Assembly (NCBI GenBank): GCA_965217775.1
Contig: CBDCJH010000002.1
Coordinates: 1,696,001-1,760,000, forward strand
DNA: 64,000 nucleotides
Direction: 5' to 3'
Source of the DNA: Acidobacteriota bacterium
Lineage (GTDB): Bacteria; Acidobacteriota; UBA6911; RPQK01; JAJDTT01
The notes beneath the pieces are model-generated. The model was not told where the DNA came from, did no database searches, and saw only the letters and a program-made list of their open reading frames with translations. Positions within the stretch are counted from its first letter, which is position 1. The number at the start of each line of letters is the position of its first letter. A program made the position numbers and the translations under genes. Positions 42,788 to 52,291 of the stretch are shown piece by piece.

Positions 42788-44389
42788 TTGAAGCGATCCA
42801 CGCTCTTCGGAATGGCATTGCTGGCGCTCCCGCTGTTCGTGTCGCTGGGCACCTCCTCCATCTGGGACTCGAACGAAGCCTTTTACGTTCAGACCCCACG
42901 CGAAATGGTGGAGCACGGGGATTGGATCGTTCCCCGCTTCAACGGACAACCCCGGGTGAACAAACCCCCGCTCAGCTATTGGCTGGTCGCCGCAGCCTAC
43001 TCGGCATTCGGGGTCTCCGTCTTCTGGGAACGGCTGCTTCTGGCCCTCTTGGCCTACGCCTCCGTGTGGGCCGTCTTTCTCTCGGGACGGATTCTGATCT
43101 CGGAAAGGGCGGCTTTGCTGGCGTCCGTCCTGTTCGCCACCACCTTCCGCTTCCAGATCCTGGCTCGCAGGCTGCTCATCGACATCCTGCTCCTGTTCTG
43201 TATCCTTGCGGCGCTGACCGCTTTCCTCTACTGGTGGAAGCGGCGGCGTGATTCAAGCCTGATCCTGGCGGCTCTTTTTCTGGGTCTGGGAGTGTTGGCC
43301 AAAGGACCGGTCATCCTTTTGCCCGCGCTGATAATCGCCGCCTACGCACTTCTTTCGGTGCCGTCCGGCCAGCTTCGCCAAGCTCCCTGGGCCCGTTCTC
43401 TCCTGGTGTTCTGCCTGGTCTCGAGTTCCTGGTATCTGCTGCTGGGGTTCACCCAAGGCTGGGAGTCGGTGTTCGACTTCCTCTGGAAAGAGAATCTGGG
43501 CCGGTTCACCCACGTGGACTTCGGCCCCCAGCGGGGGCTTCAATACTATCCCCTGGTTTTCCTGGCTGATTATCTTCCCTGGTCGATCCTCCTTCTCGGC
43601 GCTCTGGCCGGCAGGTGGTCCGCTCGTCACTACCCCGACCGCAGTCTCTCCATCCTCCTCGCGCTCTGGCTGGGGATCTTTCTCGTCTTCTTCTCCCTTT
43701 CTCACAACAAGCAGGAGTACTATATCCTCCCCGTCTATCCGGTGGCTTCCCTGTGGCTGGCCGCGTATCTGGACCGGGAGACTTTGCCCGGCTGGAGCCG
43801 GTGGCTGATTTGTGGAGTCCTGATCGCCGCCACCGCGTCCCTGACCCTTCTGGCCTATTCCCTGTTCCGGGACGTGGCTGGGTGGTGGCTTCCCGTTCCT
43901 TTCCTGGCGGCGGTTGCATTGGCCGTGGCGGGATCACGAATTCGCCTGGCGGCCTGGACTTTGACCCTCTTCTACGCGTTGGCTTTCCACGTCTACCTTC
44001 AACCTCTGGAAGAGTACCGTCCGGTCCGTCACCTGGCGGAGATCATCCGCTCCAGAAGCCCGTCCGCAGATCCCGTGACCGCCGGCTACTATCGATTGTC
44101 GACTCCAAGCCTTGCCTACTATCTGAATTCGCCTGTTCTGGAGCTCGGAACGCCGCAACAGGCCCTGGAGGCGCTGCGATCCCCTCGGCCCGTCTACTTG
44201 ATCATGGCCGCGGAGGACTACACCGAGCTGAAGAGGGAAATGGGTCCAACCCTGAAAATTGAGGGAGTCCGACCCAAACTGTATACTACCGTTTCCACGC
44301 TGGTCGAAGGATGGAAACTTGGCCGACTCGACACTCGCCCCGAGGCTTGGACCCGCTCCGTCTACCTGGTCAGCAACCAGGGTGGATGA
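42788..44389 (+). CDS. GT-C glycosyltransferase (ArnT/PMT-like)
   Basis: DSNEAFY, KPPLSYW, KGPV, YILP; many TM helices; TTG start. Confidence 0.85.
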   Translation: MKRSTLFGMALLALPLFVSLGTSSIWDSNEAFYVQTPREMVEHGDWIVPRFNGQPRVNKPPLSYWLVAAAYSAFGVSVFWERLLLALLAYASVWAVFLSGRILISERAALLASVLFATTFRFQILARRLLIDILLLFCILAALTAFLYWWKRRRDSSLILAALFLGLGVLAKGPVILLPALIIAAYALLSVPSGQLRQAPWARSLLVFCLVSSSWYLLLGFTQGWESVFDFLWKENLGRFTHVDFGPQRGLQYYPLVFLADYLPWSILLLGALAGRWSARHYPDRSLSILLALWLGIFLVFFSLSHNKQEYYILPVYPVASLWLAAYLDRETLPGWSRWLICGVLIAATASLTLLAYSLFRDVAGWWLPVPFLAAVALAVAGSRIRLAAWTLTLFYALAFHVYLQPLEEYRPVRHLAEIIRSRSPSADPVTAGYYRLSTPSLAYYLNSPVLELGTPQQALEALRSPRPVYLIMAAEDYTELKREMGPTLKIEGVRPKLYTTVSTLVEGWKLGRLDTRPEAWTRSVYLVSNQGG

Positions 44390-45380
44390 GCCCCCTCCAA
44401 GACTGTCCATCATCGTTCCCGTCTACAACGAGAGACCCAATCTGGAGATCCTGCACCAGGATTTGACGAGGGTTCTCCAAGGACTCGATCCCGAATACGA
44501 GATTCTCTTCATCGACGACGGAAGCAGCGACGGAGGAAGTCGAATCCTGGCCGATCTCGCCGCACGGGACCATCATGTCCTGGTGCTGCAATTCGCTCGC
44601 AACTTCGGACAGACGGCAGCCCTGTCGGCGGGTTTCGACCATGCCCGGGGCGAGATCATCATTCCCATGGATGCCGATCTCCAGAACGATCCCGCCGATA
44701 TTCCGCAGATCCTGGACAAACTCGACGAGGGGTACGATGTGGTCAGTTGCTGGAGAAAGGATCGGCAGGACCCGTGGCTGACCCGGATTCTCCCCTCTCG
44801 GGCCGCCAACCGAATCATCAGCTGGATCAGCGGCGTGCGTCTCCGCGACTACGGATGCACCCTCAAGGGTTACCGGAGCGAAATCCTGCAACATATCCGT
44901 CTCTATGGAGAAATGCACCGGTTCATTCCAGTCTATGCGAGCTGGACGGGAGCCAGAGTGACCGAGATCCCGGTCCGCCATCACCCCCGCCGGCACGGAC
45001 GATCCAAGTACGGCCTGCTGCGGACCCTCAAGGTTCCTCTGGATCTGATGACCGTCAAGTTTCTGGTCAGCTATTCCACCAAGCCCATGTATCTTTTTGG
45101 GGGATTGGGGCTGGTCTCGATCCTCTTCGGATGGCTGCTCAGCGCGCTCGCCCTCTACCAGAAGTTTCTCCAGGATGTGAAGGTCCACCGCAATCCCCTC
45201 CTCCTGCTTGCGGTGTTCCTCTGCATCGTGGGAATTCAATTCATTCTGTTCGGCTTGGTGGCGGAGCTCATCATCCGGACGTACCACGAGTCGCAGGGTA
45301 AGCCGACCTACATTCTCAGTCGGACGATCCGAAAGGAACAGGAGTCCCGATCGCACTCGGGCGGCTCGGTCCCGGAGTAA
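44382..45380 (+). CDS. GT2 polyprenol-phosphate glycosyltransferase (ArnC-like)
   Basis: IDDGSSD, RNFGQTAAL, MDADLQNDP, DYGC; two C-terminal TM helices. Confidence 0.9.
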   Translation: MDEPPPRLSIIVPVYNERPNLEILHQDLTRVLQGLDPEYEILFIDDGSSDGGSRILADLAARDHHVLVLQFARNFGQTAALSAGFDHARGEIIIPMDADLQNDPADIPQILDKLDEGYDVVSCWRKDRQDPWLTRILPSRAANRIISWISGVRLRDYGCTLKGYRSEILQHIRLYGEMHRFIPVYASWTGARVTEIPVRHHPRRHGRSKYGLLRTLKVPLDLMTVKFLVSYSTKPMYLFGGLGLVSILFGWLLSALALYQKFLQDVKVHRNPLLLLAVFLCIVGIQFILFGLVAELIIRTYHESQGKPTYILSRTIRKEQESRSHSGGSVPE

Positions 45381-45384
45381 TCCC

Positions 45385-46842
45385 ATGCAGGTTCTGGATT
45401 GGCTGCTGACGAACACGACGACGGTCTCGGGTTGGATCTGGGGTCCACCCATGATCGTGCTGCTCTTTGGCACCGGGATCCTCCTGACCGGAATGACCCG
45501 TTTCGTTCAGATTCGTCATCTTGTCAGCTCTGTCCGGCAGATCTTGAAGGGACCCAAGGCGGAGACCCGCGACCACCGGCGTTCCCAAGGGGACATCACG
45601 CCGTTTCAGGCCCTGATGACCGCGTTGTCGGCGACCGTAGGCAACGGAAACATCGCCGGCGTCGCGACGGCCATTGCGGCCGGCGGTCCGGGAGCCGCCT
45701 TCTGGATGTGGATCACCGCCGTCTTCGGAATGGCAACCAAGTACTCGGAAGCGGTTCTGGCCATTCTCTTCCGCCGGCGCATGCGGGACGGAACCATGGC
45801 CGGCGGGCCCATGTACTACTGTCGAGACGGCGTCAGGGGGCAACTGGGTTTCGTCCTGGGGGGCATCTTTGCCGTGTGCGGTGCGGCGACCGCCCTTTTT
45901 GGAACGGGAAACATGTTCCAGTCCCAGTCCATGGCCACGGCGGTCCGGGAGCAGTTTGGAACTCCTCAATGGGTGACCGGCCTGATCATGAGCCTGCTGG
46001 TGGGACTGGTGATCATCGGCGGCATACGCCGGATCGGAGCTGTCGCCGAGCGCCTGGTTCCGGTCATGATCATTTTCTATTTTGCCGGCGCCCTGCTGGT
46101 GATCGTCAGCAACATCTCGCTGGTTCCGGACGCCTTCCGACTGATCGTCGTGTCCGCCTTCAGTCCTCAGGCCGTGTTTGGAGGAGGCGTGGGCATCGGA
46201 GTTCAGCAGGCGATGCGATTCGGAGTGGCTCGCGGCGTCCTCTCCAATGAGTCGGGCCTGGGAAGCGCGGCCATCGCCCATGGGGCTGCCCGGACTCGAT
46301 ACCCCGTGGTCCAGGGCGGGATCGCCATGATGGGCACCTTCATCGACACCATCATCGTCTGCACGCTCACGGCTCTGGCCATAACCGTCTCCGGCGCCTA
46401 CCGCAGTGCTGCCTTCCTGGTGGAGGACGGTCTCCTGGGGGCCGATCTCACGGTGCACGCGTTCAGCGTAGGCATGCCGGATTGGACCGGTGGTTGGGGA
46501 GGCCTGGTCGTCGCCTTCGCTTCCCTGGTCTTCGGTTTCACCACGCTGATCGGTTGGAGCTACTACGGTCAGATCTGCTGCGAGTATCTCTTCGGTCTGA
46601 AAGTCGTCAAACCGTACCGGATCCTCTTCGTGGTGCTCCTGTTCGCGGGAGCGCTGCTCACCGGGCGCTATTCCTCGATCATCACCAACGTGGGCGACAT
46701 CTGTAACGCCGCAATGGCGTTCCCCAATCTCATCGCGCTGATCTTCCTGAGCCGCCGGGTCGCGGACGTCACCCGGCAGACCTACGACGCGGGAGATCCA
46801 TACGCGGCTCGCGTGCCCCGGCTGCCCGATCCTATCGGTTAG
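45385..46842 (+). CDS. Sodium:alanine/glycine symporter (AGCS family)
   Basis: VGNGNIAGVATAI, GGPGAAFWMW, GGPMYY, SNESGLGS, DTIIVC. Confidence 0.92.
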   Translation: MQVLDWLLTNTTTVSGWIWGPPMIVLLFGTGILLTGMTRFVQIRHLVSSVRQILKGPKAETRDHRRSQGDITPFQALMTALSATVGNGNIAGVATAIAAGGPGAAFWMWITAVFGMATKYSEAVLAILFRRRMRDGTMAGGPMYYCRDGVRGQLGFVLGGIFAVCGAATALFGTGNMFQSQSMATAVREQFGTPQWVTGLIMSLLVGLVIIGGIRRIGAVAERLVPVMIIFYFAGALLVIVSNISLVPDAFRLIVVSAFSPQAVFGGGVGIGVQQAMRFGVARGVLSNESGLGSAAIAHGAARTRYPVVQGGIAMMGTFIDTIIVCTLTALAITVSGAYRSAAFLVEDGLLGADLTVHAFSVGMPDWTGGWGGLVVAFASLVFGFTTLIGWSYYGQICCEYLFGLKVVKPYRILFVVLLFAGALLTGRYSSIITNVGDICNAAMAFPNLIALIFLSRRVADVTRQTYDAGDPYAARVPRLPDPIG

Positions 46843-46892
46843 TTTTCGGAAGGTGGATACACGGGGAGTATCCGGATTCGAGCGACGTCACG

Positions 46893-47831
46893 TCACGGGG
46901 AAACGGACCGGTCGGACGATCGGGGCGGGAGTCCCGCCGCCTCTACGATTTCGGCCACCAACTCTTCCTGCCGATAGGCCATGATGTGGACTCCGCTGAT
47001 TCCGGGAATCTCCCGCGCCTCGCGGATGATCTCGACGCAGATCTGCATGCCCTCGCGGCGCTGACGGTTGCCGGGAACTCCCCTGAGACGGCGGATCACC
47101 TCATCCGGGATCACCACGCCGGGAATGTTGTTCCGGATCCATTGCGCCGCCTTGGCCGAGCGGAGGGGTCCGACGCCCAGCAGAAAGAAGACCTTCTCGT
47201 GCAAACCCAACTCCCCGACGGACTTCATGAAACGCCGGAGTCTGGGCAGGTCGAAACAGTACTGGCTCTGGATGAAGTCCGCCCCCGCTTCGATCTTCTT
47301 CATCAGCCGGAACGGACGGTAATCGAAGGGAGGAACGAAAGGATTGCTGGCGGCCCCCAGAAAAATCCGGGGGTTGGATTCCAGCTTCCTGCCGCTCAGG
47401 AAGCGGCCACCGTCCCGGAGCAGGCGGGCCGTTCTCAACAGAGTCATGCAATCCAGATCGAAGACCGGCTTGGCGTCCGGATGGTCGCCCACGCCCACGC
47501 CGTCGCCCGTCAGGCACAACACGTTCCGGATCCCCAGGGCCGCAGCTCCCAGCAGGTCTCCCTGAATCGCGATCCGGTTCCGGTCCCGGCAGGCGACCTG
47601 AAGCACCGGCTCGTAGCCTGCCTTCACCAGCAGGGAACAGACGGCCACGCTGGACATGTGGACATGGGCCCCGGAAGCATCGGTGGCGTTGATGGCATCA
47701 CATACCGGAGCCAGGACCAGCGCCCTTTCGCAGACCGTATCGGGATCCGCGGTGTCGGGGGAATTGATCTCGGCGGTGACGGCGAATCCGCCCGCGCGAA
47801 GCACCCGCTCCAGCCTGGAGCCAGACTTCAT
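46893..47831 (-). CDS. metF: Methylenetetrahydrofolate reductase
   Basis: CRDRNRIAIQ, LCLTGD, KKIEAGADFIQSQ, GVHIM; start ATG 47831. Confidence 0.9.
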   Translation of the reverse strand: MKSGSRLERVLRAGGFAVTAEINSPDTADPDTVCERALVLAPVCDAINATDASGAHVHMSSVAVCSLLVKAGYEPVLQVACRDRNRIAIQGDLLGAAALGIRNVLCLTGDGVGVGDHPDAKPVFDLDCMTLLRTARLLRDGGRFLSGRKLESNPRIFLGAASNPFVPPFDYRPFRLMKKIEAGADFIQSQYCFDLPRLRRFMKSVGELGLHEKVFFLLGVGPLRSAKAAQWIRNNIPGVVIPDEVIRRLRGVPGNRQRREGMQICVEIIREAREIPGISGVHIMAYRQEELVAEIVEAAGLPPRSSDRSVSP

Positions 47832-47836
47832 GGGGG

Positions 47837-48289
47837 TCACTGCTTCCAATGGGACTTCGCCTTTCCGGCATCCGAGAAGTGGTTGACCCAGGCGGACGAT
47901 CCCTGGAGGTCGTGACTCAGCGGCGGAAGCACGTGCAGGATCTCGGATCCGAAGTGGGGCATCTTTCCGGATCGTTCCCAAGCCTGCACCCAGACGCACG
48001 GCATTTCGGGAACCACCTCGCAATGTCCGTTCGGCCGCACCCCTCCGCAGGGTCCGTTGCGGAGATTCTTGGGGCAGGTCATGGGACAGGTCATCCCGGT
48101 GCTGTGCAGGACGCACTGTCCGCACATGCGGCAGTCGAACACGGCGCCTTTGGTCAATCGCTCCGCCGGAATCAGGAGCCGTTCGATCCGGCTCCCGGGT
48201 TTGAGCGACGACCGGAACCAACCAAGAATCTTAAGACTGATCAGATAGATCGACTCTAATACTTGAGGATGGTTCTGAAGGAATCTCAC
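47837..48289 (-). CDS. metV: MetV-like Cys-rich MTHFR partner (MTHFR_C domain)
   Basis: CRMCGQC...CPMTCPKNLRNGPCGG...CEV...CVW; GTG start at 48289. Confidence 0.8.
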   Translation of the reverse strand: MRFLQNHPQVLESIYLISLKILGWFRSSLKPGSRIERLLIPAERLTKGAVFDCRMCGQCVLHSTGMTCPMTCPKNLRNGPCGGVRPNGHCEVVPEMPCVWVQAWERSGKMPHFGSEILHVLPPLSHDLQGSSAWVNHFSDAGKAKSHWKQ

Positions 48290-48308
48290 GGTTTTCCCCT
48301 GCGCTCGT

Positions 48309-49946
48309 TCAACCTGTAGGACCCGAATCCAACACCGCCGGCATGGCCTGGAACAGACATCCTTCCACAAAAATATCGAAGAAATCTTCGGTCGTCTCCA
48401 ACTCGACGTGTTCAATACGCCTGACCATCTCTTCCAGGCGGCGCCTGAGGGTCCGGCTGGTCAACATGAGCGTGGCTCCCTCAAGCGCGCTGTTTCCCAC
48501 CTTGGCGACGCGGTCTTGGGGAAGCGGCGGGATAAACCCGATGGACATGGCGTTGTCCACGTTGACGTAGTTGGCGAAGCCTCCCGCCAGATAGAGCCGC
48601 TTGAGCTTGACCGGCGAGATCCCGTACTTCCTGAGAACGATCCACTGACCCGAGTAATTGGCCGCCTTCGCCTGTGCCAGGGCGCTGATGTCGGCTCGGG
48701 ACAAGAAAATCCCGCGTTCGCCCGGAATGCTGAACCGGTCCAGCCCTCCCGCAAGAACGCCGAGATAGTTCATGTCGTCTACCCGGAGCAACTCTGCCAG
48801 GAGGTCGATCAAGCCCGAACCGCAGATCCCCTCCGGCGTGGCTCCACCGATGGTCCTCCAGATCACCTCTCCGTTCCGGAGTTCGACCGACTCGATGGCG
48901 CCGTCGTAACCGGGCATGCCGAAGGTGATCTCACCACCCTCGAATGCGGGTCCTGCCGGGCAGGAGGCGGCCATCATGCCATGGCGGTTGCCGACCACCA
49001 CTTCCGTGTTGGTTCCCACATCGACCAACATGACCGCATCTTCTTCCTCATCCATGCCGACGGCCAAAAGGTCGGCAGCCACGTCGGCGCCGACGTGACA
49101 ACCGATCAAAGGCCCGCCGTAGACATTGGCGTCGGGATGGACTCTCAGTCCCAGATCCCGAGCCGGGAAATTCAGGAGGGTGTCGGCTCTGTCACCCCGT
49201 TCCATTTCCAGTTGGGTGATGGACTGGTACGGTCTTTCGCCGATGGTCTGGATGTCGAGGCCGAAAAACAGATCTCGCATGGCGGCGTTGCCCACGATGA
49301 CGACTTCGTAGATCTGGCGCCGCGGCACCCCTGTCATCCGGCTCAACTCACGGATCTCGTAGTTGAGTCCGGCAATCACCGAGTTCCGGAGCTCCCCCCG
49401 ATAGGGTCCGCCGTCATAGGAAATCCGGCGCATGATGTCGCTGCCGCCGAATCTCTGCGGGTTTTCGAACGAACCGGTGTGCAGGACCGCTCCGCTTCCG
49501 AGATCCACCAGATTCAGGGCGACGGTCGTCGTCCCCAGGTCTACGGCAAGGCCGTAGATCCCGCCCCGATGGGAGTCGATGATATTGCCATCATAGACGA
49601 CGTTGCCTCCCTGAAGCCGTGTCATGGGCTCGATGGGAGCCTGGCGCCGAACGGTTTGGGTCAGGATCTTGGGACGGCGATGCAGCAGGGCAAATTCGAT
49701 GGTTGCGTCGGCATCCAGGACCCGAGCTTGACAGGCAAGCCGATAGTCGTTGCGGAGGAACTCTTCGGCTTTCGAGGCGGAGGTCAGGGCTTCCCCACCC
49801 CGGACGATCCGGACGATGCACTCGTGACACTCTCCGCTACGGCGACAGGAGGTCGGGACCCGCACCTGAAGGTCGTCGGCATAGTCGAAAATGGTCCTGT
49901 CTGGAACCAGGTCCAGCTTGCGATTACCGTAGTGGAGGGGGGACAT
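48309..49946 (-). CDS. Reductive activator of corrinoid proteins (RACE; [2Fe-2S] plus ASKHA/DUF4445)
   Basis: N-terminal SCRRSGECHEC...RLACQ, DLGTTT, DVGTNTE, AGPAFEG, GICGSG, LAGGF. Confidence 0.9.
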   Translation of the reverse strand: MSPLHYGNRKLDLVPDRTIFDYADDLQVRVPTSCRRSGECHECIVRIVRGGEALTSASKAEEFLRNDYRLACQARVLDADATIEFALLHRRPKILTQTVRRQAPIEPMTRLQGGNVVYDGNIIDSHRGGIYGLAVDLGTTTVALNLVDLGSGAVLHTGSFENPQRFGGSDIMRRISYDGGPYRGELRNSVIAGLNYEIRELSRMTGVPRRQIYEVVIVGNAAMRDLFFGLDIQTIGERPYQSITQLEMERGDRADTLLNFPARDLGLRVHPDANVYGGPLIGCHVGADVAADLLAVGMDEEEDAVMLVDVGTNTEVVVGNRHGMMAASCPAGPAFEGGEITFGMPGYDGAIESVELRNGEVIWRTIGGATPEGICGSGLIDLLAELLRVDDMNYLGVLAGGLDRFSIPGERGIFLSRADISALAQAKAANYSGQWIVLRKYGISPVKLKRLYLAGGFANYVNVDNAMSIGFIPPLPQDRVAKVGNSALEGATLMLTSRTLRRRLEEMVRRIEHVELETTEDFFDIFVEGCLFQAMPAVLDSGPTG

Positions 49947-50034
49947 GACAGCGCAACACCCTGTTCCAGCGCTCCGCGGGCGCGATTGCCGGTTCCTCTA
50001 ACGAAAGGGGCCGCAGGATCCGGTCAGCCGACAG

Positions 50035-50054
50035 CCTACGGCGCAGACTCCTAG
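50035..50054 (+). repeat. Terminal remnant of MITE family B
   Basis: CCTACGGCGCAGACTCCTAG, identical to 14477-14496; the CTAG contains the stop codon of the 88-aa ORF. Confidence 0.7.
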
Positions 50055-50317
50055 ACTTCCCAGGCATCCCGATAATTCAGATCGTCACTTCCGGTACAGA
50101 GAGGCAACCCTTCGGAACCGGAACGCCTGGACTGGTTTCGGCACCCGAAACGGGCGGTGCAGCAATCCCGGGCATTCTTGTAGGGACACCGCCACTTGGA
50201 TACGAGATTGGCAGTCTCGCCGATCTGTTGGTAGATCTCCCAGAGGCGATCCATGCTGGCCTTGAGTTTCGCCTTGTCGACAGGTTGGAAATTCCCAGGG
50301 ACGTCTGTTCGTGGCAC
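50051..50317 (-). CDS. Small Cys-rich hypothetical protein (88 aa)
   Basis: Co-oriented within the cluster; Cys at 44, 52, 53, 59 and 74. Confidence 0.7.
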   Translation of the reverse strand: MPRTDVPGNFQPVDKAKLKASMDRLWEIYQQIGETANLVSKWRCPYKNARDCCTARFGCRNQSRRSGSEGLPLCTGSDDLNYRDAWEV

Positions 50318-50340
50318 TGCAAGTCCGTCGAGGATCGGTC

Positions 50341-51108
50341 CTAGGAGGATTCGGAGACAGCCTCCTGAGGTATTTCCTGCCCGATACCCAGGAGTTCCTT
50401 GGCCTTGTCCACACAGTCAATGGCGTCCTTGCCATAGCGGTCGGCCCCCATGTCGTCCGCGAATTCCTGAGTCACCGGAGCTCCGCCCACCATGGTGCTG
50501 ACCACATCTCTCAGACCGGCATCCTCCAAGGCCTGGATGGTTCGTCCCATGTTGGGCATGGTCGTCGTCAGCAGGGCCGACATTCCGATGATCTGGGGTT
50601 CGTATTCGAACACCGAATCGACAAACTCGTCCGGCTTGGTATCGACACCCAGATCGTGCACGACGAAACCGGCTCCCCGGAGCATCATGATGCACAGGTT
50701 TTTCCCGATATCGTGGAGGTCACCCTTGACCGTTCCCATGACCACGGTGCCCATGGGTGGAATATCGGAAGCGGATAGTATGGGTTCGATGTGCGCCATC
50801 CCCGCTTTCATGGCGCGGGCTGAAATCAGAACCTCGGGAACGAAAATGATGTTGTCCCGGAATTTGATCCCCACCAGCGCCATGCCGGCAATCAGTCCGT
50901 CATCCAACACCGTATTGGCGGCGTAATCGGAGTCCAGGGCCTCCCTCGTGAGGCGGTCGACCTCGTGCTGGTTGCCTATGATCAAGGCATAGCTGATGTC
51001 TTGCATCAAAGGATCGGCGTTTCGGAAGAGCGACTTGATGTGCTCTCGCTCGTGCCGCCGCGCCACGTGGCGGAGTTCCCTGGTCAGGCCCTCATTGATA
51101 TTCGACAT
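50341..51108 (-). CDS. Corrinoid (B12-binding) protein, MtbC/MtaC-like
   Basis: Cap domain (GM..VG..F....IFVPEV), GTVKGDLHDIGKN, MSALLTTT, VGGAP; ATG after AGGTGG. Confidence 0.92.
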   Translation of the reverse strand: MSNINEGLTRELRHVARRHEREHIKSLFRNADPLMQDISYALIIGNQHEVDRLTREALDSDYAANTVLDDGLIAGMALVGIKFRDNIIFVPEVLISARAMKAGMAHIEPILSASDIPPMGTVVMGTVKGDLHDIGKNLCIMMLRGAGFVVHDLGVDTKPDEFVDSVFEYEPQIIGMSALLTTTMPNMGRTIQALEDAGLRDVVSTMVGGAPVTQEFADDMGADRYGKDAIDCVDKAKELLGIGQEIPQEAVSESS

Positions 51109-51167
51109 ACTGGAAAGACCACCTGGATCACCGAATTTCAAAGACGCGTAGACGAACTAAGGGAGAA

Positions 51168-51197
51168 ATTAAACCTTTTCGGGTCGAGGTTTGTCAA
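51168..51197 (-). promoter_or_regulatory. Internal sigma70-type promoter
   Basis: TTGACA-N18-TTTAAT in the intergenic gap upstream of the corrinoid gene. Confidence 0.55.
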
Positions 51198-51224
51198 ACC
51201 AGCCGGCGTGCGGTACAGGGCCCT

Positions 51225-52271
51225 TCAGACCCCGGTCAACCGGCCATCCCGCCAAGCCTGAATGTAGTTCATGCAGAAATCGTCCCGGCCCAAAAGCATG
51301 TCCCGGGCCAAGCCGACTCGTTCCGAATCCAGGTCCAGGGCGAATACGTCCCGCACGCGATTCTGGACGGGATCCATGATGGCGGCGTCGATGCCGGATT
51401 CCAGGCTCAGGTGAATGAAGGTCGCGTTGATGAGCTTCCGATTGGGAAGGCCGAAGGAAACGTTGCTCAACCCGCCGGTGACGTGCACGTCATTGCCGAA
51501 GATTCGCCGGACCTCCTCGACGGCATCCAGAAAATGACGCCCGAATTCGGGCGAAACCGATATCGGGAAGACGAGACAGTCGATGTACACGTCGTCCAGA
51601 GGAAATCCCCGTCTCACGACCGCCTCCATGACCTGTTCCACGTTGGAGACGCGGTCGTCCGAGCTCTCCGGCATTCCCTCCTTTCCGGCGGCCGTCACAA
51701 TCATGCGGGCATCGTTTTCCTGGACCAGGTCCAGGGTTTCCAGTCGCTCCAGAGCGACGGAATTGACCAGAGGACGGTCCGATCTGCGGGTGTGGGCAAC
51801 CAACCCCGCGGCGATGATCTCCGCGTTGGAAGAATCGATGCTGAGAGGCAGCACCGTCATTTCCTGGACTCTCTCCACCAGCCAGGTCATGGCTCGCTTC
51901 TGAATCTTGATGTCGTAGGAGATCTCGTCGACGTTCAGATCGAGGAAATGGGCGCCGGCGGCTTCCTGGCGGCGGACCTCGAATTCGATGTAGGCGGTCC
52001 CCTCCGCCTCCTCCACGGGATCTCCGCTGATCCCCTTCCGGACAGCAATCATGAAATGCTTGATCTGACCTTGCTCGTAGGGCTGCGTCTTCTTGAAACT
52101 CTCGGGCACCCGAAGGTACCGGCGCTCACCGGGACTGGGATCGAAGAAGACGGCCTCTGCTCCGTCGGGCGCCGTCTCAGTCCGCTTGCCATTGCGCAAG
52201 ACGATGCGAGTCGTATGAATGTTCTCGCCGATGATGATCAGACCGCTGGGGTCATGGACGAGCTTTGACAT
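51225..52271 (-). CDS. Pterin-binding methyltransferase (AcsE / MetH folate-domain-like)
   Basis: IIIGENI, GAHFLDLNV, LSIDS, VNS, GLSNVSFGLP, AIMDP; start ATG 52271. Confidence 0.88.
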   Translation of the reverse strand: MSKLVHDPSGLIIIGENIHTTRIVLRNGKRTETAPDGAEAVFFDPSPGERRYLRVPESFKKTQPYEQGQIKHFMIAVRKGISGDPVEEAEGTAYIEFEVRRQEAAGAHFLDLNVDEISYDIKIQKRAMTWLVERVQEMTVLPLSIDSSNAEIIAAGLVAHTRRSDRPLVNSVALERLETLDLVQENDARMIVTAAGKEGMPESSDDRVSNVEQVMEAVVRRGFPLDDVYIDCLVFPISVSPEFGRHFLDAVEEVRRIFGNDVHVTGGLSNVSFGLPNRKLINATFIHLSLESGIDAAIMDPVQNRVRDVFALDLDSERVGLARDMLLGRDDFCMNYIQAWRDGRLTGV

Positions 52272-52291
52272 GGAACACCCGGTTGACCGCT

